Origin: a virus
Taxonomy: Duplodnaviria > Heunggongvirae > Uroviricota > Caudoviricetes
Direction: 5' to 3' (one strand)
IMG/VR virus record: IMGVR_UViG_2778261509_000004
Span: 1 to 12,467 of that record
Length of the DNA stretch: 12,467 bases
Below, piece by piece: positions 6,554-12,467 of the stretch (positions are counted from its first letter, which is position 1; each line of letters opens with the position of its first letter). Below the pieces are notes generated by a model. The model was not told where the DNA came from and did no database searches. It worked only from the letters and a program-made list of their open reading frames with translations. The position numbers and the translations under genes are program-made.

Positions 6554-6775
6554 ATGATTGCACATCACTTCGGAACTGATGAAATACCACGTCAGTGTGT
6601 GACTCCTGGCGATTATGTTCTTCATGAAGGCCGGACATATATTGCCTCGGCAAACAATATTAAAAAGCGAAAGCTTTATATTCGTAACCTGACCACAAAA
6701 ACATGCATTACTGACTGCATGATTAAAGTCTTCCTCGGTCGTGATGGTTTACCTGTAAAGGCGGAGTCATGGTGA
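6554..6775 (+). CDS. kilR: KilR, cell-division inhibitor of the Rac prophage (73 aa)
   Basis: ATG at 6554 preceded by GGAG (6544-6547). Translation [73 protein letters not shown] matches recalled KilR length and sequence. Confidence 0.8.
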   Translation: MIAHHFGTDEIPRQCVTPGDYVLHEGRTYIASANNIKKRKLYIRNLTTKTCITDCMIKVFLGRDGLPVKAESW

Positions 6776-6945
6776 TGACTAAGAAAATAAAATGTGCTTA
6801 CCACCTTTGCGATAAAGAAGTTAAAGAAAGCAAAAGCATTAAAAGACCACTTCATTTCATGCGTGGAGTTATCCCAACGACGGAAATGAAAAAATATTGT
6901 AGTGAAATATGTGCCGAAAAAGACCAGATGGCACACGAACTTTAA
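6775..6945 (+). CDS. ydaE: YdaE-like small Cys-rich protein (56 aa), putative zinc-binding
   Basis: ATG at 6775 overlaps the kilR TGA (ATGA coupling). Translation [56 protein letters not shown] contains a C-x4-C ... C-x3-C pattern. Below the ORF-track cutoff. Confidence 0.7.
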   Translation: MTKKIKCAYHLCDKEVKESKSIKRPLHFMRGVIPTTEMKKYCSEICAEKDQMAHEL

Positions 6946-7019
6946 TTAACTGACTATGCGAAACTGAATTTATGCCAGCAATGGCAGGGATTCGCTCAAC
7001 CTTAATTAAGGAGAAAAAC

Positions 7020-7295
7020 ATGATTACCAGTTATGAAGCCACTGTTGTAACTACTGATGACATTGTTCACGAAGTTAATCTGGAAGGAAAGCGTATTGGC
7101 TACGTGATTAAAACAGAAAATAAAGAAACCCCATTCACTGTAGTTGATATCGACGGTCCATCAGGCAACGTTAAAACACTTCACGAAGGTGTCAAAAAAA
7201 TGAGCCTGGTGCATATCGGAAAGAATCTGCCCGCAGAAAAAAAAGCCGGATTTCTGGCAACTCTGATTGCAATGAAATTAAAAGGTGAAATCTGA
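7020..7295 (+). CDS. racC: RacC (91 aa), function unknown
   Basis: ATG at 7020 preceded by AGGAG (7010-7014). Translation MITSYEATVVTTDDIVHEVNLEGKRIGYVIKTENKETPFTVVDIDGPSGNVKTLHEGVKKMSLVHIGKNLPAEKKAGFLATLIAMKLKGEI matches recalled RacC. The ORF-track start at 6972 is probably too far upstream. Confidence 0.8.
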   Translation: MITSYEATVVTTDDIVHEVNLEGKRIGYVIKTENKETPFTVVDIDGPSGNVKTLHEGVKKMSLVHIGKNLPAEKKAGFLATLIAMKLKGEI

Positions 7296-7300
7296 AAGAA

Positions 7301-7325
7301 ATAGCCTGCGTATGGCGCAGGCTAT
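7301..7325. other. perfect 10-bp stem-loop ATAGCCTGCG-TATGG-CGCAGGCTAT between racC and recE
   Basis: Read directly from the sequence. On the plus strand no U-tract follows it; on the minus strand it is followed by ATTTCTTTCA. Candidate attenuator or RNA-stability hairpin. Confidence 0.4.
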
Positions 7326-7396
7326 GAACAGTGTGTATCCGGCAAGATCATTCACTGAACAAAACGAATTTTAATCTGAGTTGAGGTTAAAAAACA

Positions 7397-10300
7397 ATGA
7401 GCACAAAACCACTCTTCCTGTTACGGAAAGCGAAAAAATCATCCGGTGAACCTGACGTCGTCCTGTGGGCAAGTGACGATTTTGAATCGACCTGTGCCAC
7501 TCTGGACTACCTGATCGTTAAGTCAGGTAAAAAACTGAGCAGCTATTTTAAAGCTGTTGCCACGAATTTTCCTGTCGTTAATGACCTGCCCGCTGAAGGT
7601 GAGATCGATTTTACCTGGAGTGAACGCTATCAACTCAGCAAAGACTCCATGACATGGGAACTAAAACCGGGAGCAGCACCAGACAACGCTCACTATCAAG
7701 GCAATACCAACGTCAACGGCGAAGACATGACTGAGATTGAGGAGAATATGCTACTCCCAATTTCTGGCCAGGAACTGCCCATTCGTTGGCTTGCTCAACA
7801 CGGCAGCGAAAAACCGGTAACGCACGTTTCACGCGACGGACTCCAGGCATTACACATTGCTCGGGCTGAAGAACTACCGGCTGTTACTGCCCTGGCTGTT
7901 TCCCACAAAACCAGCCTGCTCGCCCCGCTGGAAATTCGCGAACTCCACAAACTGGTTCGTGACACTGACAAAGTTTTCCCTAATCCTGGTAATTCAAACC
8001 TGGGACTGATAACTGCTTTTTTCGAAGCATACCTGAACGCTGACTACACCGATCGAGGACTGCTGACAAAAGAGTGGATGAAGGGTAATCGTGTTTCACA
8101 CATCACTCGCACGGCTTCCGGTGCTAATGCTGGCGGCGGAAACCTCACCGATCGCGGCGAAGGTTTCGTACACGATCTGACGTCACTGGCGCGCGACGTA
8201 GCCACTGGCGTACTGGCCCGTTCAATGGATCTGGACATCTATAACCTTCATCCGGCACACGCTAAACGCATTGAGGAAATTATCGCTGAAAATAAACCGC
8301 CCTTTTCTGTTTTCCGCGACAAATTCATCACCATGCCTGGCGGGCTGGATTATTCCCGCGCCATCGTGGTTGCGTCCGTAAAAGAAGCACCAATTGGGAT
8401 CGAGGTCACCCCCGCGCACGTCACTGAATATCTGAACAAAGTACTGACTGAAACCGATCATGCCAACCCTGATCCGGAAATCGTGGATATTGCCTGCGGT
8501 CGCTCCTCTGCCCCGATGCCGCAGCGAGTAACAGAAGAAGGAAAACAGGATGATGAAGAAAAACCGCAACCATCTGGAACAACGGCAGATGAACAGGGAG
8601 AGGCTGAAACAATGGAACCGGACGCAACTAAACATCATCAGGACACGCAGCCGCTGGATGCTCAGTCACCGGTAAATTCTGTTGATGCGAAATATCAGGA
8701 ACTGCGGGCAGAACTCCATGAAGCCCGGAAAAACATTCCATCAAAAAATCCTGTCGATGCCGATAAATTGCTTGCTGCATCACGTGGTGAATTTGTTGAC
8801 GGAATTAGCGACCCGAACGATCCGAAATGGGTTAAGGGGATCCAGACTCGCGATTCTGTGTACCAGAACCAGCCAGAAACGGAAAAAACCAGCCCGGATG
8901 TGAAACAACCTGAGCCAGTAGTGCAACAGGAACCGGAAATAGTCTGCAATGCCTGCGGTCAGACTGGCGGAGATAACTGCCCTGACTGTGGGGCGGTGAC
9001 GGGCGACGCAACATACCAGGAAACATTCGATGAAGAGAATCAGGTTGAAGCTAAGGAAAAAGATCCGGTGGAAATGGAAGGCGCTGAACATCCGCACAAT
9101 GAGAATGCTGGCAGCGATCCGCATCGTGATTGCAGTGATGAAACTGGTGAAGCGTCAGCTCCTGTAGCAACTGAAATCATGTGGCCGTCATATTTCGAGC
9201 CTGGCCGCTATGAAAACCTCCCGAACGAGGTTTATCACTCCGCCAACGGAATAAGCAGCACGATGCTGAAGGATGCCCGTATCAGCCTGATGTATTACCA
9301 CGGACGGCACATTGCCGGAACTATTCCGAACGAGGAAAGTGATGCACTGCTGCGTGGGCGGATCATTCACAGCTATGTTCTGGAAACGGATAAATTCGCT
9401 GATGAATATGCCATTCCGGTACCAGTTCCTGAATATGTGGTTACTACTTCTAGCGAACTGATCGCCATCATTAAAAAACACAATGCCAGTCTGCCAGCAC
9501 TGATGACACCAGAGCAGATGAAAGAGTGGATCGAAAGCTACAACAGCACTCTTATACAGCCACTGTCTGTAAGTGCTGGAGCCGAAGAAACAGGCATCCT
9601 TTACGGTTCGCTTCCGGTGGAATTCCGGCGTATTCCGGAGGAGGAGAAACATACTGCATCGGCAATGAAAGCCTGCATTAGAGAATACAATGCAAACCTC
9701 CCTCCTCTGTTGAAAACCAGTGGAACACGGGAGCAACTTCTGGAGCAAATTGAAACTGTAGATCCAGAACTGGCGAAAAAAGAACGTGCTAAATCTTTGC
9801 CTTACAACATCAGTGGCACGAAAGAGCAATTAACCGAAATCGCTCGGAAAATCCGCCCGGAACTGGTTACCCTGGAGGACTGGCAAAAACGCCAGCAAGA
9901 AGAAAACGCCGGGAAAACGTTTATCAGTTCAGATATGTATGAACAGGCAAAAAATATTCACGCTGCACTGCAAAACAATACTGATGCAGCAAGGCTACTC
10001 AACCACCCGGATCGCAAATCTGAAATCAGCTATTTCGGGTTTGATGAAGAAACCGGGCTGGAAATCAGGGTCCGTCCTGATATCGAAATCCGGCTGCCAT
10101 ACGAAAGCATTTGCGCCGACGTGAAGTCAGTCAGCCTCGGTTATGTGCGACAGGAACGACTGAAAGATCGCCTGCACCGTGAAATTATTGAGCGTGATTA
10201 TCACCTCAGCGCAGCAATGTATTGCGATGTGGCAAATCTGGACAAATTTTTCTGGATCTTCGTCAACAAAGATGCTGGCTATCACTGGGTGGCAGTCGTG

Positions 10301-10468
10301 GAAGCCTCGCAGGAACTCCTGGAACTTGGTCGACAGGAATATCGCCGGACGCTACGCCAGATAAACGAAGCCCTGGAGACAAACAACTGGCCAGCACCGA
10401 TTACCGAAAGTTATACCGACGAATTAAACGACTTTGATCTTCGTCGTCTTGAAGCACTGAGCATCTGA
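7397..10468 (+). CDS. recE: RecE-family exodeoxyribonuclease VIII (1023 aa) with a C-terminal PD-(D/E)xK-type nuclease domain
   Basis: N-terminus [24 protein letters not shown] matches recalled RecE. The C-terminal third carries YH...GIS and RPD...DVK motifs. It also has an acidic low-complexity linker and a C-x2-C-x7-C-x2-C knuckle ([16 protein letters not shown]). Longer than the 866 aa I recall for K-12 RecE. Confidence 0.85.
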   Translation: MSTKPLFLLRKAKKSSGEPDVVLWASDDFESTCATLDYLIVKSGKKLSSYFKAVATNFPVVNDLPAEGEIDFTWSERYQLSKDSMTWELKPGAAPDNAHYQGNTNVNGEDMTEIEENMLLPISGQELPIRWLAQHGSEKPVTHVSRDGLQALHIARAEELPAVTALAVSHKTSLLAPLEIRELHKLVRDTDKVFPNPGNSNLGLITAFFEAYLNADYTDRGLLTKEWMKGNRVSHITRTASGANAGGGNLTDRGEGFVHDLTSLARDVATGVLARSMDLDIYNLHPAHAKRIEEIIAENKPPFSVFRDKFITMPGGLDYSRAIVVASVKEAPIGIEVTPAHVTEYLNKVLTETDHANPDPEIVDIACGRSSAPMPQRVTEEGKQDDEEKPQPSGTTADEQGEAETMEPDATKHHQDTQPLDAQSPVNSVDAKYQELRAELHEARKNIPSKNPVDADKLLAASRGEFVDGISDPNDPKWVKGIQTRDSVYQNQPETEKTSPDVKQPEPVVQQEPEIVCNACGQTGGDNCPDCGAVTGDATYQETFDEENQVEAKEKDPVEMEGAEHPHNENAGSDPHRDCSDETGEASAPVATEIMWPSYFEPGRYENLPNEVYHSANGISSTMLKDARISLMYYHGRHIAGTIPNEESDALLRGRIIHSYVLETDKFADEYAIPVPVPEYVVTTSSELIAIIKKHNASLPALMTPEQMKEWIESYNSTLIQPLSVSAGAEETGILYGSLPVEFRRIPEEEKHTASAMKACIREYNANLPPLLKTSGTREQLLEQIETVDPELAKKERAKSLPYNISGTKEQLTEIARKIRPELVTLEDWQKRQQEENAGKTFISSDMYEQAKNIHAALQNNTDAARLLNHPDRKSEISYFGFDEETGLEIRVRPDIEIRLPYESICADVKSVSLGYVRQERLKDRLHREIIERDYHLSAAMYCDVANLDKFFWIFVNKDAGYHWVAVVEASQELLELGRQEYRRTLRQINEALETNNWPAPITESYTDELNDFDLRRLEALSI

Positions 10469-10479
10469 GGAAGGACACA

Positions 10480-11532
10480 ATGAACGAATTAACTCAACAA
10501 GAAAATATTAACTCTAATGTTGCGGTTTTCAGCCCTCAGTCCCTGGCTGCAATTCAGACATTTTCCCAGGTAATGGCTTCCGGCATGGCTACTGTACCGG
10601 AACACCTCCGGGGAAATCCATCAGACTGCATGGCCATCACCATGCAGGCGATGCAGTGGCAAATGAACCCTTACGCAGTAGCTCAGAAAACTTTCGTTGT
10701 GAATGGTGTGCTCGGATATGAAGCGCAACTGGTTAATGCCGTAATCAGTACTCGTGGGCCGCTAACCGGGCGTATTGAATATGACTGGTTCGGGCCGTGG
10801 GAAAAAATTATCGGGAAATTTGAAATCAGGAAGAGCGACAAAGGGAAAGAATATCGTGTACCTGGCTGGAAGCTGGCCGATGAAAACGGGATCGGTGTTC
10901 GTGTCCAGGCAACACTACGCGGCGAAAGTAAACCACGCGTACTGGAATTACTTCTGGCGCAGGCCAGAACACGTAATTCAACGCTATGGGCCGACGATCC
11001 TCGCCAGCAGCTTGCCTATCTGGCGCTGAAACGCTGGGCGCGCCTTTATTGCCCCGAAGTGATTCTTGGAGTGTACACCAGGGACGAACTGGACGAGCCA
11101 CAGGAAAAAATCATTAATCCGGTTCAGGAACATAAAAACACTTCCGCTTGCCGCGCGGAACGTGAAACAACAATTATTGAGCAGGATGCCGGGGAAAACT
11201 GGATCGATGCTTTCCGTGAACGTATTGAGCAGGCACAAAGCACCGGGGAAACAACAGCACTTCGCCAGGAAGTGGAAGATCATAAAAATACACTTGGCGC
11301 TCTCTATACGGAACTTAAAGGAAAAGTGGTTCAGCGTCATCACCGTCTCAATGCTATTGCCCGTATCGAGAAGATGATAAATGACCTACCTTCTTCAGGT
11401 GATCCAGAAGCAGAACAAAAATTTACTGCTCTGGAAAATACGCTGAATGCTGCCCGGCCACATCTGGGTGAATTATATGAGGCGTATAAAACGACACTGA
11501 CAGATATGAAACCAGAATATATCGGCTCCTGA
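10480..11532 (+). CDS. putative single-strand annealing protein partnered with RecE (RecT/Red-beta-like; 350 aa)
   Basis: Starts 12 bp after the recE stop with a GAGGAAGGA RBS, the classic exonuclease-then-annealase order. A segment (AITMQAMQWQMNPYAVAQKTFVVNGVLGYEAQLVNAVIS) loosely resembles the conserved core of Red-beta/RecT. It does not match the 269-aa K-12 RecT I recall, so the family call is tentative. Confidence 0.55.
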   Translation: MNELTQQENINSNVAVFSPQSLAAIQTFSQVMASGMATVPEHLRGNPSDCMAITMQAMQWQMNPYAVAQKTFVVNGVLGYEAQLVNAVISTRGPLTGRIEYDWFGPWEKIIGKFEIRKSDKGKEYRVPGWKLADENGIGVRVQATLRGESKPRVLELLLAQARTRNSTLWADDPRQQLAYLALKRWARLYCPEVILGVYTRDELDEPQEKIINPVQEHKNTSACRAERETTIIEQDAGENWIDAFRERIEQAQSTGETTALRQEVEDHKNTLGALYTELKGKVVQRHHRLNAIARIEKMINDLPSSGDPEAEQKFTALENTLNAARPHLGELYEAYKTTLTDMKPEYIGS

Positions 11533-11542
11533 TATTTACTTT

Positions 11543-11580
11543 GGCGGTGTAGCCTCACCGCCATCACAAAATTTTATTTT
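11543..11580 (+). terminator. possible intrinsic terminator or attenuator after the annealing-protein gene
   Basis: GC-rich hairpin GGCGGTG-TAGCCT-CACCGCC (11543-11562) followed by ATCACAAAATTTTATTTT. The U-rich run is separated from the stem by several nt, so termination would be partial at best. Confidence 0.4.
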
Positions 11581-11595
11581 ATGAGAGAAAAGACA

Positions 11596-11790
11596 ATGCG
11601 GTATGAAAAAGTCAAACCATGCCCTTTTTGTGGTTGTCCATCAGTAACGGTGAAAGCCATTTCAGGATATTACCGCGCGAAGTGTAACGGATGCGAATCC
11701 CGAACCGGCTATGGTGGAAGTGAAAAAGAAGCACTCGAACGATGGAATAAACGAACCACTGGAAATAATAATGGAGGTGTTCATGTATAA
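11596..11790 (+). CDS. ralR: RalR/Lar restriction-alleviation protein (64 aa)
   Basis: Translation MRYEKVKPCPFCGCPSVTVKAISGYYRAKCNGCESRTGYGGSEKEALERWNKRTTGNNNGGVHV with C-x2-C ... C-x2-C matches recalled Lar. The ORF-track start at 11581 has no RBS; the ATG at 11596 has AGAGA upstream. Confidence 0.75.
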   Translation: MRYEKVKPCPFCGCPSVTVKAISGYYRAKCNGCESRTGYGGSEKEALERWNKRTTGNNNGGVHV

Positions 11791-11971
11791 AATTACCGCC
11801 ACTATTGAAAAGGAAGGTGGCACTCCTACTAACTGGACAAGGTACTCAAAAACAAAATTAACCAAATCAGAATGCGAAAAAATGCTCTCAGGTAAAAAAG
11901 AAGCAGGCATTTCCAGAGAGCAGAAAGTAAAACTGATAAATTTTAATTGCGAGAAACTTCAGTCGTCGTGA
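11783..11971 (+). CDS. ydaC: YdaC-like small protein (62 aa from the ATG at 11783)
   Basis: Strong GGAGG (11773-11777) 5 nt before the ATG at 11783, which overlaps the ralR stop. Position between ralR and xisR matches Rac ydaC. Exact start and identity are uncertain. Confidence 0.5.
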   Translation: MYKITATIEKEGGTPTNWTRYSKTKLTKSECEKMLSGKKEAGISREQKVKLINFNCEKLQSS

Positions 11972-12070
11972 ATTGCATTGTATTCAAATTAAAACTTCAT
12001 AGCTGATTATTAATAATCAACATCGGGCGTCAATTTCAGTCTAACATTGGCGCCTGCCAGAGGTGATGCG

Positions 12071-12286
12071 ATGGCACAAGTAATCTTTAATGAAGAGTGG
12101 ATGGTTGAATACGGCCTGATGCTTCGCACTGGTCTGGGGGCCAGACAAATTGAAGCATACCGCCAGAACTGTTGGGTGGAAGGCTTCCACTTCAAACGAG
12201 TATCTCCTTTAGGGAAACCAGACAGTAAGCGAGGGATTATCTGGTACAACTATCCAAAGATAAATCAGTTTATCAAAGACTCATGA
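12071..12286 (+). CDS. xisR: Rac-type excisionase-like protein XisR/YdaQ (71 aa)
   Basis: ATG at 12071 preceded by AGGTGA. Translation [71 protein letters not shown]. Lies immediately upstream of the integrase start, whose ATG (12288) follows the xisR stop by one base. Confidence 0.7.
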   Translation: MAQVIFNEEWMVEYGLMLRTGLGARQIEAYRQNCWVEGFHFKRVSPLGKPDSKRGIIWYNYPKINQFIKDS

Positions 12287-12287
12287 T

Positions 12288-12412
12288 ATGTCTAAATTAC
12301 CAACAGGTGTCGAGATTCGAGGTAAATACATTCGCATCTGGTTCATGTTTCGAGGAAAACGATGTCGGGAAACATTGAAAGGCTGGGAGGTTACTAACAG
12401 TAACATTAAAAA
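12288..12412 (+). pseudogene. intR: integrase 5' fragment (N-terminal arm-binding region), interrupted by IS1
   Basis: Translation from 12288 reads MSKLPTGVEIRGKYIRIWFMFRGKRCRETLKGWEVTNSNIKK, a typical Rac/P22-type integrase N-terminus. The reading frame then enters the IS1 end and stops at TGA 12431-12433. Confidence 0.75.
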
Positions 12413-12467
12413 GGTAATGACTCCAACTTACTGATAGTGTTTTATGTTCAGATAATGCCCGATGACC
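12413..12467 (-). mobile_element. IS1 terminal region (inverted repeat plus 3' end of insB), truncated by the window edge
   Basis: GGTAATGACTCCAACTTACTGATAGTGTTTTATGTTCAGATAATGCCCGATGAC matches the recalled IS1 end with about two mismatches. The rest of the element lies outside the window. Confidence 0.85.
12428..12466 (-). CDS. insB: IS1 InsB C-terminal fragment (last 12 codons plus stop)
   Basis: Reverse complement of 12428-12466 reads GTC ATC GGG CAT TAT CTG AAC ATA AAA CAC TAT CAG TAA = VIGHYLNIKHYQ*, as recalled for the insB 3' end. Confidence 0.55.
   Translation of the reverse strand, partial: VIGHYLNIKHYQ

Noticed and set aside
8222-9124. Antisense ORFs of 138, 68, 84, 114 and 64 codons inside recE
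   Set aside because: All overlap the much longer, motif-bearing recE frame; low-complexity translations; no independent support.
9188-9829. 213-codon ORF antisense to recE
   Set aside because: Lies entirely inside the recE coding region on the opposite strand; the translation is F/R/C-rich and junk-like, with no RBS. Typical shadow ORF of a long gene.
10775-11377. ORFs of 84, 91, 119 and 103 codons inside the annealase gene
   Set aside because: Embedded in or antisense to the 350-codon ORF that has a strong RBS and operon context.
1-12467. CRISPR arrays, tRNA or rRNA genes, attachment sites
   Set aside because: No spaced direct-repeat array, no tRNA-like cloverleaf signatures and no rRNA-like sequence seen; the prophage end is masked by IS1, so no att core can be identified in this window.

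Overview
This window reads as the early, immunity and replication region of a Rac-like lambdoid prophage of Escherichia coli, in reverse orientation relative to the usual K-12 map. Gene identifications rest on recalled protein sequences, lengths and synteny plus motifs visible in the translations; no database search was possible. Layout, left to right: (1) a low-GC block (about 1-830) with the 5' end of a leftward gene and an unknown 167-codon ORF; (2) a leftward operon from a PR-like promoter: ydaS (Cro-like HTH), ydaT, an O-like replication gene carrying three 19-bp palindromes, a DnaC-like helicase loader, and two unknown genes; (3) the repressor gene racR flanked by two operator clusters built on the same ATTAGGC half-site; (4) a rightward early-left operon: ydaG, ydaF, antisense sieB, kilR, ydaE, racC, a 1023-codon RecE-family exonuclease, a 350-codon putative annealing protein, ralR, a ydaC-like ORF and xisR; (5) the first ~41 codons of an integrase cut by an IS1 end at 12413. 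No rRNA, tRNA or CRISPR array was seen. Most of the window is a known, if mosaic, prophage module; the least explained parts are the low-GC left block and the palindrome set in the replication gene, and these are the best candidates for anything undescribed.
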